DNA of 62,855 bases, filler included, from Nemertoderma westbladi (lineage: Eukaryota; Animalia; Xenacoelomorpha), in NCBI GenBank assembly GCA_032718475.1. It is 4 parts of 4 records of this genome, joined end to end, with 100 filler letters (N's around TTAATTAATTAA, not from the genome) between each part and the next. Parts side by side here need not be neighbours in the genome. Positions count along the whole stretch, not along the records: positions 41,001 to 58,543 come from JAUCBJ010000378.1; positions 58,644 to 62,855 come from JAUCBJ010001309.1; 2 more parts are not named here. One strand, written 5' to 3'. Positions within the stretch are counted from its first letter, which is position 1. Each line of letters begins with the position of its first letter. The notes below the pieces were generated by a model. That model was not told the origin of the DNA and made no database searches. It saw only the letters and a list, made by a program, of their open reading frames with translations. A program made the position numbers and the translations under genes. Shown in pieces: positions 48,842 to 61,602 of this stretch.

Positions 48842-50416
48842 TTAAAACCACAAAAAGTGAAAACACTAGCTAGTAAAAAATACAGTTAAAAATCCAAAAA
48901 TGTAGCCGCGGGCGGAACTGACCCCTTTTTTTTACTACTAATTTGCTTAAGCAATACATGTTATGTTGTCAATAATACTCATCAATTTTTTATGGAATGT
49001 ATAATTATATAGATCAAACAATATTAATTTATTTAAGCAAACATCTTACTATGTACAAAAATATAAATTTAATTATGACCTACTGTATATAATAATCACT
49101 ACAAATGTGTAGGCCTATATCATGTTCACAATTACAGTATTACTATTAGCAGTAATTAATAAGTAGGCCTCAACTGATATTTTTATTTTGCCTATAGCTA
49201 CCCAGTTTTCAGTCCTGGTATACATAATATTCTAGAAGTCCATGCGTGCTTACAGATTACTGTAGTAGTGGTTTTATTAATGGCTATTTTATGCAAAACC
49301 TTATGATATGCGGAGCTATATCCATGAGTCAGCGAGCCTTTCAATAGGCCTAATCTATGGCGTTCTATTAAAATGTATATATTTGCAATAACCAGCGCTA
49401 GCCAGTTAGATTTATTATATCCAAACCATAGTCTGTCTCTTTCTACAATTAATAGAGTGACCACAACCGCCAACTTAGTGACTCCTTGCTGGGAGAGCCA
49501 GAATTCTAATTTTAGCTTTATTTCAATAGATACAAGTGTTTACAAAAGGTGTTAATCTCGGTACTTTTGCAGTTTCCGCCCCATATTTAAAAAATATTTT
49601 TCTTTTACAAATTCACTCTATATTCACGCAAAAATTCGGACATAAAGACTTTTTTGTCCGCATATGCGGACGAAAAAGTCATTTTCCAATTAAAATTCCA
49701 AAAAGGCGGTAATGAAATATTTATCAAGGGAACAGTTCCGTATGTGCCAACATTTTCGTTGTTTTTTTTTTTCAACAAATTTTCATGCTTTTTTTGTCAG
49801 GTTTTTCTCTTGATAAATGTTCTAGAACGTATATTGAGTATTCTAGAACTTTAAAAAAATGTTTTAAAACATTTTAATTATGAATTTTTGAGAAAATAAA
49901 TTTCTTACTCTTAAAAAGAAAATTATTAAAAAAATTGTTCAATTTTAAAATTGCTTATGCTATTTTGCCTGGTTTTTTTCTATTGACAAGAGATCTAGAC
50001 CATTTATTAAATGTTCTAGAACATGTACCAAATGTTCTGGAACATTTTTGTTATAAATTTTCGAGAAAAAAAAATATTCTAGAATATTTGTTCTTTTAAA
50101 AATAATTATTAAAATGATTGTTTAATTAAAAAGAATTGGAATACAGAACAACTAACCATAACGATAGCATCCCACAACATTTTTTAAAATGTTAGCTAGG
50201 GCTAGATATAGATATAACTATAGACTATAGGCTATAGCTATAGATGTAAATTGCTAGCTTTAATTGTAAATTATTACTTGAGTACATAAAATTACTAGAT
50301 ATATGTTAATTATAAAAGTTAATTATAAAAAAAGTGTTAAAATAACAAAAAAATAAATTTTTTAAAAATGTTCTAGAACAAAAAATTATATGTTCTAGAA
50401 CATTATTTAACAAAAA

Positions 50417-50995
50417 TGTGACGGGATCGATCCGAAGATCCCGATATTTCCGTTATCCTACCTACGCGTCCCCGCCGTGTCTGTATGAAAAGAGTTCCGG
50501 AGTTGTTGACTGATCGGTATATATATAATATAGGGTATAATAGTATAAGCACAGTAGAAGCTGATATAATGATAAAGTGAATGAATACCGGTAATGTATT
50601 GAACGGTGATGGTGGCAGTGGACGGAGACGGTGATAAGAGTCTCGGTACTACCCTAACTAACTGACTTACTAAAGTGAATGGGATAACATGATGACTGGT
50701 AATAATATATATTGCACGGTTGGCCATATTGCGTTACTCAGTCGATGCTTGCCCCCCATTGGCTGATAACCTAGTTTTTGCCCTCTCACCTCCCTTGGAG
50801 TGTTTCCCCTTGCTGCTGTTGTTCCCTCTCTCTCAGGGGTGTAACCCCTGACCCCTATTGTGTGTGTGTTCTCTTGGGGCCTGTTGTCCCCGTTTATTGG
50901 GGTGACACGAGGTTGATTGGTAATCAACCTTGTGCTCCCAATATTGCTTAAAGCCTACTTTGTGGGGCTGGCTAGCGGAATTGAATACGCTAACA
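50417..50995 (-). repeat. Putative 3' LTR (~579 bp)
   Basis: Begins TGTTA directly after the polypurine tract (plus strand TAACA|CTCCCCCCCA); ends CGTCACA at a sharp switch to AT-rich flank. The second LTR is not visible. Confidence 0.6.
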
Positions 50996-51693
50996 CTCCC
51001 CCCCAATGCTATCTTCCCGGTGAGAAGATAGCATCCACCTCTAGTGCGCTACAATTCCACTGGATCCCGATCTAGTATCGTGGAACTATTTTTTTCGGAG
51101 CCGGCTTTCCAGGCCGCTCCCTATGGGTATGATATCGCTACCCTGTTAACCTGGCGTCCCATGTCGGGCCGATCGTGCACTCCTCTCACACAATTTTTGT
51201 TTCCCCAACACTTTCGCCACTAACTCCGCTCCACTTTCACCCTGACCCTCCTCTACTTCTCCTCACTCTCGCTCTAACCCTCGGACCTCCTTGTCCCTCA
51301 CTCTGCTTCTCACTTCTCCCCCCCACACTTGAATTGCGCCCACACTCTCTCCACACTCCGCACTATTACTCCGTTACTCAACCGCCATTCTCACTTACTC
51401 GTTTCCGACGAGTCTCACGCCCCTCCTGCGCCGTCGCACTCAAGAAGAATGATGTCGTCCATGTCCTGTCTGTGGTTGCAGTGCCATAGTCAACTAGTCC
51501 CCAGTCCCAGTAGCTAATTGGAAAAGGTTATATGGCTATAGTACTTACTTTGAATATATATTTGTTACTAGACTACTGATTACTACGTACGTATATACAA
51601 ATTGCACCTTTTCAATTATTTAAGTTATTTGAATTTGTACTTAAGAGTTCGCACGTCTCCCGTGGTGCCTTCCAGGCATGCCACGTCGAAGTC

Positions 51694-54285
51694 TTAGTTC
51701 GTTCCACCTGGCTTTGGGAACCACCTCAACTCTTTCCCTCTGTCGTCCTCCTCCCTTGGTCGTTTCTTGGCCGTTGCCGCTCCCTTGGCTTTATCTCCCT
51801 TCAGGCCCCTGACCTTCGCCGTCACCTCTCTACTTATCCCGGTCGTCGACTCCTTGGGCGCTGGTGTTATCAGTTCCCGGTATCGCTTCGCGGGTGGCCC
51901 CTCCGAGTGGCCCTGTTGTCTCCCCCTGGTGGCGTCCCATAGGATCACTTTCATTGCCCGCGGCACGTGCTCTGCCAAGAAATCTCTGAACTCCCCTCGG
52001 TTCTGTGGCATCCACCTGTCCAGATACCTCTGCGTATTTATCACTCCGGCATACGACGCCGCCGTTGCTACCTCCTGGTAGGTAAATGGAAGTCTTCGCT
52101 TGATAATCTCCAAGTGAGCCTCCTGATTAATACTGAAGAAGCCCCACCTGAACTCCTGGGCCTTCATACGTTGCCGTGTCATGGAACCAACGTCGGCCCA
52201 CTCCTCGAAGATTCTGAACTTCTCTTCGTCGTCCATCCGGTCGCACTGGCGTCCGTAGTGCCCCCGAAAGTTACACTTCGAACATCGGTTGTGCAACCGT
52301 GGACACGCTCCCATCCTGTGGCTCGACTCGCGGCAGTAGAGACAACTAGTCCCTTTCTGGAATCGGTACAGACAGCTCCTTTCCTGGTGGGTTTGTCTCC
52401 CACTGTAGTCACAACCGAGCACCAATGTCTCCCGCCCCACGTCGTCTTTCGTCCCAAGCGATATCCGCGGTCTGTGGAGTTGCTGGTAAGCGAACTTTTG
52501 GACATTAGCATCCCTGTCCACATCGATCTCCTCGCCCCTCCCGGGCATCGTCTCCCCGAATCCTACCCGTGGTGCCGTCCCCGGTTGCTCGCCCAACCTG
52601 ATGGTGCTCCCCGCGAAATCCATCGCCGGCTCCTCATGCATCCAGGCCCGCTTGCCGGGTCTATCCCAGAAGGCTCTCGCCCCACTGGCCGTCACCACCC
52701 TTCCGCCAACCCAGTCCGTGTCTGAGTGGCCTATCCTTGTGATGGGCGGCATCTCTCCGAACTCGTCGTCATCCTCATCCTCCTCTGGGAGTGGCTCCAA
52801 CCCCGGTATCCCAGCGGACCCACTGTGTCCCTTCCCACCTTGGCTCTCGCCCGTGGCTCTCCACCCCTCTAGCTCTCCTAGCCTCCTTAGCGGGTGATAG
52901 CCCTCAGCGCCCGCTTTTATGGGCGTCGCCTGCGATCCCGATGTCGACTGTTTCGGTGATCCCACCGTCCATCCTAGTTCTCGCCCTAGAGACTCCCCCG
53001 AACTCCCTGATGATGTCCAACGAAGTTCGTCTAAGGCCGCCTGTTCCTCGAAGCCGTAGCTCTGCGCCCTAGCTTCCTCCTCCCTTTCTTCTGCCTCTCT
53101 CCTTTCTTGTCTAGCGATTTCTTCCAATCGCTTCGCTTCTCATCTATCCGCCTCTAGCTGCTCCCATCTCTGACATGGCGTATCTAAGTCCCTGTCTACC
53201 AGATGTCGGTAATTATAGTACACCGACTCGCCTTTCATCCCCGGGTGGTCTACCAGACCCTCGAAAGCCATCTTAAAGGCTCTTCTGTAGCTCAGGGGTG
53301 ACCCCGATAGCAGGAATGCCGTTGGTTCCTTCCCAATGACGACGGTCATGAATAGGTTTAGCAAACCCATCATTATCCAGTCCTCCTGCAGGATATATCA
53401 CTTCTGATATACCTTTATCGCTCCTCTCCGGAATTGATACACCTCTTGTTTCCCTGGCCTCGCTCCCCACTTCAGCGAGTTCGCTAACTTTGCTCCGTAC
53501 TCTTCTCTGAACTTCCCCCAGTCCATTGGTTTGTGACACACGAGCCCCAATAGCTGGCCCATCGCCACCGCTCCACAATGGCCTGCGTTCTCCACTAGTC
53601 CCAACCCATCTGGTGCTGTCATAGCCATGAAGACCGTCTGCATGTCCAGAAGATTGGGGGTGTCCGGACCGATGATTCTCTCCGCATCGTCGCGAATCGC
53701 CGATCCCACCTTTGTCGTCGACTTCTCTCTCACTAGGACTTGCACTGCCTTCGGCAACCGGTTCAACTTCGGCCCATCCTTCTTCCCATACGTTCCCAGA
53801 TCGAACAGGAAAATATACCCATTTGGCGGGGCCAAATGTAGGAGTATGGTTCTGGCCGACCCCGCCGATCTTCTCCTCGAACCTTCCTCGTCTTCCACGG
53901 TTCCTTCATCGTCTAGGATCATGTATCCTCCCCTGCTGACGGACTCTACGAACCTCTTCCAATCTTTCTTCGGTGACTCTCTCGCGTACTTCGGAATCCC
54001 GAACTTTGCCTCGTCTCCTTTCACCACGTAGTGGAAATGCTCGAAGATCGCATTGTCCAGCGACGGCGTCTTGTAGGTCCCGACCAGCCGCTGTTCGTGC
54101 ACTTCCCTGAAATGGTCTTGCAGCGCTCGCGCTTTGTGACCCTTCTCCAGCCGCTCGTAGTATCCCCTCGTCTTCACTTCCGGATGCCTCTTGGTGAAAT
54201 CCACCTGTATCTCCTTTCCTCCTAGCTCCGCCTTTCTCTTTCGCACAAGTTTGCCTGCCATCTCAAACTCTCCCCGATCGCTCAC
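51694..54285 (-). pseudogene. Extra retroelement ORF: DEDDy/WRN-like 3'-5' exonuclease + coiled coil + zinc knuckles, with two in-frame TGA stops
   Basis: ORFs 53398-54285, 53140-53373 and 51694-53127 share one frame. Motifs MILDDEG, LLHLA..FLFDL, LPKAV, KVGSAIRDDA, LLDMQ, Q.*YILQED; CLYCRESSHRMGAC and CSKCNFRGHYGRQC. Confidence 0.65.
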
Positions 54286-54758
54286 CCGTTGGGTGGTGCC
54301 TTGCCAAGGCGCAATAGGATGAGTGATAGGTTAGGATGGTTTATTTAGTTCGAAAGTGGCCTATCTCTCCCTGAATTGTTAAGTTATCGCCTATTTACAC
54401 TACTTAATTCATAAAACGTTAAATTGTACCCTAAATTGTAAATTTGTCCTTTACTTTAATTATGTTCCAGAATTTTCTTACTACTGTTACCATAATTTGT
54501 TAATTTTCTAGCCCTATTCTATTTTTAATATATTAATTTAATTCAATCCTACTAATGTGCTACTACTTACTATTGCCAATGGATTATTCTATTTCATAAT
54601 CCACCTTCTGGCCTACTCTGTGGGTTTGTGCAGTACAACAGTATACGTCGCGTGGCCTACACGATTTATCCAGCTGTACTCATATGCCCCCCTCTCGCTA
54701 CTCACTACTAACTAATATCTATACTATATATATCCTTCTACCACTATCTCTTACTAGC

Positions 54759-55364
54759 CGGTACTACGTACCCTCTTACTAACCTCTAACACTAACTCCT
54801 TCTAACCGGTACTATGTACCCCCTTACTAACCTCTAACACTAACTCCTACTGACCGGTACTATGTACCCTCTTACTAACCTCTAACACTAACTCCTAACC
54901 GGTACTACGTACCCCCTTACTAACCTCTAACTCTAACTCCTACTAGCCGGTACTACGTACCCTCTTACTAACCTCTAACTCTAACTCCTACTAGCCGGTA
55001 CTACGTACCCTCTTACTAACCTCTAACTCTAACTCCTACTAGCCGGTACTACGTACCCTCTTACTAACCTCTAACTCTAACTCCTACTAGCTGGTACTAC
55101 GTACCCTCTTACTAACCCCTAACTCTCCTAACTAACGGTACTACGTACCCTCTTACTACTCTAACTCTCCTAACTAACGGTACTACATACACTCTTACTA
55201 CTCTAACTCCTCTAACTAATGGTACTACGTACCCTCTTACTACTCTAACTCTCCTAACTAACGGTACTATGTACCCTCTTACTACTCTAACTCTCTTAAC
55301 TAACGGTACTACGTACCCTCTTACTACTTCTAACTCTCCTAACTAACGGTACTACGTACCCTCT
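54759..55364. repeat. ~40-48-bp tandem repeat (~14 copies) inside the LTR element
   Basis: CGGTACTACGTACCCTCTTACTAACCTCTAACTCT... units. Confidence 0.9.
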
Positions 55365-55501
55365 ATCTGCCTACTTACTGCGTACCTATTGTGTACTATT
55401 ATTATTTTTTTTTATTTTTATTTATTTATGTGTGGGAAGGGCGTCTCGCCCTCAATCCCACCCCCCTCAGTCCAAAACTTGGACGACTAAACTCAACTCT
55501 A

Positions 55502-58489
55502 CTAAGGTGCTCCCTCCAAGAGGCAGTTCTCCCACTGCCCCCCTGTAGGACCTCTAACTCTTCGCCCCGCTCTCCTTGTCAATTCCAACTCTCTTGGAAT
55601 CCTACCCTTTCCTCTTGGAAGACCTACCCTTTTTCCTGGCTGTAAATTTGGAAAGTGCTGCCTATTCTCTATATCTCTGATCTCCTCGTGGTCGTCCCTT
55701 GGCGGCAAAGTGCCACCCTTCAACTTGTCGTTCGGTGGTATAATGCCGCCCCTGTTTTCATCCTTAATCTTAGATGCCATCTCTGCTGGCCTCCCCCTTA
55801 ATATGTGTGCTGGCATTAAAGGCCTCGACGACCCCCGTTTGTCCTTCGGCATGCACGGTGTCTGCCCATATAATGCCCCCTCGCACTCTGTCAGTCCCAC
55901 GTGCGTATGCAACACGCCTCCTACTCTCCTGACTCCTTTATTATGTCCACCCATGGGCCTCTCTGCCCCTGGTCCAATCCTCTCACATCCTCTCCCTTTC
56001 CATCCTGTCTTCTTACTCGACCTCCCCCTTGTTGGTATGCCTCTCAACCGGACCGGTGTCTCTTCCGGACACTCCTCTGAACACTCCTCCGGACACTCCT
56101 CTGGACTATTGTCCTCCTGACACTCCGCCGGACACTCCTCCGGTTTGTCCTCCGGACATCTCGCTGTCCGCTCCTCTCCATCTCCATACTGATACTTGCT
56201 GGGACCATTGTTCCAATCCATTGTCTCTAAATCTTCTACTTCCAAGCCATTCTCCTCCGCCCACTCTCTTGGTGTTCTCTCTCTAGGTGCTTCCACTTCT
56301 AGCTGTCTCCCCCTATCGCCCGTATCTGGCCTCTCCTCTACCTTCTCAACAGTCCCTGGCACCATGCACCCTGAAGTCTCGGTTACGCTGAATGGTATAT
56401 TGGTTCTGATTGGGCCGGTTAGCGTCCACCCAAATGGTGTTAATATCGCCACTGGGTCACACTGCCTGTCTTCGCCGAAGACCGTTTGCATTCTCTCGTG
56501 GGTCATCGGGCAGTCCATTCCTACTATGATGGATACCTTCCTAACGTCCACCTCTGGGATTGAGAAATCAATACTGTCCAGGAATCTATATTGTTCGACC
56601 TCGATGTTGGTTGGCCGCCTGGCATTGATATTTATCGACTCTATCACCTGGATGGGGTCGATGCTCGCCCCATAGTCGCATCCCGGTGCTATTGCTGCTA
56701 TCGCGCACCGTCCGGTCCTCATCTCCAGGACCTCATCTTTGCTGGAGATGGTTGTTACCGCCATTCTACTTGGCCTCGTTCTCAATCCTCTCTCTTCGGC
56801 CACCCAATCCTCAACTAAGGTGAAGGCTGCACCACTGTCGACCAGCATCAGTGTGGTCACTGATCGATTGCCTTCTCCAATCACTCGCACTGGTACTACC
56901 CCAAGTAGTACCGTTCCTCTCTTCTTTGCTCCCACGGTGCTCGTTGCCATTGTCTGACCTTTATTTTGACCGAACTTGATTTGCGTTTCCTTGCATTGGT
57001 TAGCCCTATGTCCACTCATCACACATCGCGAACAGATTTAATTTCTCCTCGCGTATTCTACCTGATCTTCTCTGGGTAGCGCCTGCCAGTACCTGCAGTT
57101 CATGGTCTGATGAAGTGAATTTGTATGTAATTGGCATTTGCTCTTTGGGTTGTAGCCATCCTTATAAAGTGCGTTGCATATCGCACCTATATTTGTACCA
57201 AAGTCCCTACTATTCTTATTGTTTGGGTTCGGCCTACTGGGCATGCTGGGGTTATGTTTATTTGTGTTGTTATTTTTCCCCTGTCCGCTCCATGATGTGG
57301 TCTTACCCCCGGCTACCTGTGGACTAGCAGTCCCCTGCGTCGCTGCGTACGGCAGTGATTGCCTGAGCTTTGGTAATGCGTTCGACGCGTTGTGTTCTGG
57401 TTTCGGTCTATGGTAATCGGTCTTGGGTCCCTTTCCCAGGCTATCCTCGCTATAGACTGGGTCCATTATTAGTTCAGCTTCATAATTTAAGAAGCTCGAC
57501 ATCTCTTCTAAACCCGGTTCCGCGCCCTTCTTATCTCGAGTGGTGAAAGCGATTTTTCTCCACTTATTGCACAGCCAAATGGTAGTGCCTGCGCTATCGT
57601 AGTGATGTTGTTAGATGCGTTGAGTTCGTATGGCGCGTCCAGTGTCTTTAGTATGATTAGCGCCTTCTCAACCTTGTTCGCAAACGTCTTTATGCTAACG
57701 GGATTATCCTGTAGGCCACCCGATGTTATGCCTCTCAGGGTTTGCCGAATGATCTTGGCCAGGTGCCCGTATTCCCTGTCCAGTGCCCGCCATGCCATCG
57801 TGAAGCCGCCCTCGATGCCCTGGTATTGCCTCACGATGTCGTATGCTGGGCCTCCTGTGTATACTTGCAAATATTTTAGGCACTCCGCCTGCGTCAGGTT
57901 CTTTGTTAGTATTTCATTACTATACATGCGCCGAAACTGTAGATATTCTTCCGGCCTACTCCCATCGAATTTAAATGGTTCCACAGGTGGTAACTCGATC
58001 CTGGTTTTCAACGCATCGATTAATGTGGCCATCCCCATTGCTTGCGCTTCTAATGGGTTTGATGGATATTGTATAGATTCTCCTTTTGGGTGCGGTCCAT
58101 TCGTCCTGTTTGCCGTTTTCTTTTGACTTGGATATATCATTGGGGGTAGCGGCCCCCTCCATATTTCGGTATCGCATGATCTATTCTCGTCCAAAGGGTT
58201 CGATGTCCTTGCTCCTATTGGGTTTATTGTCGATATTGTGATGGGGGAATGTCACCCTGCCCCCCCCCCCCCCCCCCACCGGTATATTTGGTACTGGGGT
58301 TGATGTTAATATATTGGGGCCCATGCACCTATCCGCAATAATCCCCCCCTCCCCTGGGTATATGTTATGTCCTTGCATGCTGTAGTCATACTGTTGTGCT
58401 GGTACCGGTATAGGCCTATCAACTTCTGGCCTACCTGCCGGTATGTACTCCGCGACTTCCGGGTTTAATCCCGTCATCCGCGCTATCAT
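55502..58489 (-). pseudogene. gag: BEL/Pao gag (DUF1759-like) + zinc knuckles + aspartic protease, frameshifted, no RT
   Basis: FDGSRPEEYLQF, LKYLQVYTGGPA, AWRALDREYG; CQLH...H...C and CSRC...GH...C; LVDSGAAFTLV; TPFGWTLTGP, followed by a low-complexity CPEE tail. Confidence 0.8.
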
Positions 58490-58543
58490 ATCGCCTACAT
58501 TATCTCTCCCAGCATGGCCTATAGTATGTGCAGTAAGGCCTAC

Positions 58544-58643
58544 NNNNNNNNNNNNNNNNNNNNNNNNNNNNNNNNNNNNNNNNNNNNTTAATTAATTAAN
58601 NNNNNNNNNNNNNNNNNNNNNNNNNNNNNNNNNNNNNNNNNNN
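58544..58643. other. Assembly/contig spacer
   Basis: N44-TTAATTAATTAA-N44. Confidence 0.95.
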
Positions 58644-58890
58644 CTCAATAATATTGTCAGAGATTATATAATACTGTCAGTCGAATAATACATTAGGCTT
58701 ACATAGCAATAAAATTAAACCGTCGAACCCAATCTCCCGGGAATCTCCAGCGGGTGAATGGTCGCGCACGGATTGGTTTCGACTAGTGTAGTGAATCAAA
58801 TACTTGTCATAGACTAAAAACTGATTTAATATCTAGAAGACATCTTAATTTGGTGGGTTAAACTGCCAAAAGTCTGAAAGCGCGAACAAG
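58644..58890 (-). mobile_element. Fragment of the same LINE family as 150-2076
   Basis: Matches ~525-800 (TCTCCCGGG...CGGGTGAATG.TCGCGCA...AAAGCGCGAACAA). Confidence 0.75.
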
Positions 58891-61428
58891 CTAACTTACT
58901 TAACTAATAACTAACTTAGCAGCGGGTGCCAAATTTTGGTGCCAGCCCCAAATTTTGAAATATTTCAATCTTGTAAATTTAATATTTGAAGCTGTTTTTT
59001 CCGCAATAGGGCAGTCTGGCAGTAGGGGTTTTAGGAGTTCTAGTCTCGTTGGAATATATGAATTGCACAAGGCATGTTGGCACGTTGTATTTTTCGGTGC
59101 TTTGGTCTTTGGTTAGAAATTTCCGCCGCTGTAACCTGCTATTTTCCTTCAATTGGAAGGTTACAACATCGTTTATTGATTCCCACCTTCCTTAATCGTC
59201 TGGGTATAAACTCCGCCGTATCAGCTGTCAAACAGGGCAATATGGGGCATATTAAAGTGTTTCGCCATATTCGTTACGCGCTTTTACTCAAATACGGAAT
59301 TAAAAGAAATTCCACAAATTTAAGAAATTCCAACAAAAATATTTTATTTGACGTTTTTCGCCGGGAAAAAAGTAAATTCAATACAATCCTATTGAAAACT
59401 TTTCTCCCTAGGGAAAAAAAGTACATTGTACTTTTTCGTTCATAACTCCATTAGAATTTACACATAACATAACACATGGGCATAATAGCATAACTACTGT
59501 ACAAGATTACCTATTATCTCTAGGTATTACGCAAGCCCAATATCAGAATATAGGGAATTAGAGAGACAGATGAACGGAGATTTCGAGTAGAAATGTTTTA
59601 ATTGGTCGCGTTCTAGAGTCCAGCAGGACACAGGAGGGAGAGCTCGTTACCAGCGATATAGGTGATAGGGATAGTACTTCAGTACTTACAGACTTAAGTC
59701 ATATCTGAACCCAATCTGGACCCAATCTCGAGAATTATACCAAATCTGAACCCAATCTAAATCGAAAATAGAAAGAGGGGTGCAAATTATTAATTTTTTT
59801 CATGAACAATTTTGAAATTTGAAGAAATTTTACATATCTTTTTTCATATTTCAATTTGCTAATTTTCAATTGGCTACACCGGCGTAGCCGGCGGAGCACT
59901 GGAAATGATAGAGATGCTGCGCTCGGCGCAGCACTGCATACGGATACGACAAATGCATACGGATATGGATACGGCGAAAAGTTATACCCTACCAGTCTGC
60001 CAGATGTCATTAGGCCTAAACAAAACAATTTGACCGGTCCCAAACTGCTCTCGAATGCTCTAGGCCTACTGCTGTTGCTGTAGGCCTACTGCTCTACAAT
60101 TTACAGATTTATCAATCCTGCAGTCCTGCAGTCAGCCAGTCCTGTGGTGTAGCTGTGCTCATGCTGTGGCAGTACTGCAGTACACACCGGCTGACCGGTA
60201 CTGCAGCTGCAGTAGGGAGCAGATCACTGATTTCAGGATTTAGTGCTTTTAAACCTAATTCTGTAATTGAAGACCTACCACACTGCCCTGCCAGCCTGCC
60301 ACAGTACAGCAGTACTGGTGTACTGCATTAGCTGATTAGCATTACCATCCTACCGCTACCGTCTGACCGGTCAGCCGGTAGCCCATTCAGCCATTCCAGC
60401 ATTCTGCTACGTAGGGCATGTACGTACAGATGTACGCCGAACGCGTTCGGCGCACAACTGCACAATTTTATCCAAAAGTATTTATTTATTGAGAGGGCGG
60501 CGCCGCACCCAGTGACCAGTGGTAAGGTTGCAGGTGAGCAGGCCGGCAGGCAGCAGGCAGACAGTCCCTACCTAATAATTGCAAAATTTCTTGGTGAATG
60601 CCGCAGGCGCACATTTTTTTTATGCTCCAGGTTGCGTTCGGCTTCGGCGCACAAAAAATCACTTAGCAGAAGCGCCGGTAGTCGTAGTGGGTAGCGCGGC
60701 AGCCTAATCCTGTAAGCCCACCAGACTACATACAGTACATAACAGTTTTTTAACAATTACCAGTTCGCAGGTTCGCGGTACCATTGATTGCTTGTCATGC
60801 TTGTTGATTTAGGCCTAGTGCATTTAATACTGGCCAAGATTAGCAAGTAATCACATAACAACCAATCAAACAGAACAGCCAATAACAACTTAAAGCATTT
60901 ATAAAACAGGCAATATCATTCTGTCATTGGATGTTCAGAAAATGATTGCTTGGGTGTTTACTCTCATGTGATGTAGGCCTAACCCCAACTGGAAGGCTTT
61001 CTCGGGAGGTGGGAGGCTAAATCCAACTACACAACTACCGGTACCGGTATCATACAGTCAAAATATAAATATAGCAGTATAGTGCTGTAGGTAGGATGGC
61101 ACATACTGAGATATCGGTTCAATGACAGGACAGCATAATGCTGGTATATTTTATTAATATTTTACCTCAATATTAAATTATCAATTAAGGGAAAGGAACA
61201 GGATACAGTGCACGACTCACGTTATTCTGACCATAATCCGATACCGGTCTGCCGGTAGACGATAATCAAATAAACAAAATTTAAAAAATATCGGTGTAGA
61301 CCTATATAGCTGTAGATTGTGATAGCAATAGTCGTGACGCGATATTTAACTTACTTTAGGTCATTGACCATAGTGGTTGTTAGGTTTGTGTTAGTGAACC
61401 TATACTAACCTCTACCACCGATGTCGTA

Positions 61429-61602
61429 ATGGCCGCTAAGGATTATGATTATTTGTTTAAGCTGCTGATTATTGGTGACAGCGCTGTTGGTAAAAGCAGT
61501 CTTCTCCTTCGGTTTGCTGATAATACTTTTACAGGAACTTTTATTACAACAATCGGCGTTGATTTCAAGATCAGAACAATTCTAATGCCGAGTGGTGAAA
61601 AG
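61429..61602 (+). CDS. RAB35: Ras-related protein Rab35, exon 1
   Basis: [34 protein letters not shown]...[10 protein letters not shown]...GEK|gtaggc; 174 bp. Confidence 0.92.

Larger units (their letters stand above)
50417..58543 (-). mobile_element. BEL/Pao-like LTR element, pol-less, with an extra exonuclease ORF; 5' end lost in the gap
   Basis: Minus-strand order: gag, protease, tandem repeats, extra ORF, G-rich UTR, PPT GGGGGGGAG, LTR TGTTAG...CGTCACA. Confidence 0.72.

Noticed and set aside
47687-48873. Pair of similar 73-75-aa ORFs on opposite strands
   Set aside because: They are the two arms of the palindromic transposon, not genes.
53140-53400. Programmed TGA readthrough or alternative genetic code
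   Set aside because: The retroelements also have TAA/TAG stops and frameshifts, and Rab35 uses TGA as a true stop; mutation from TGG/CGA is simpler.
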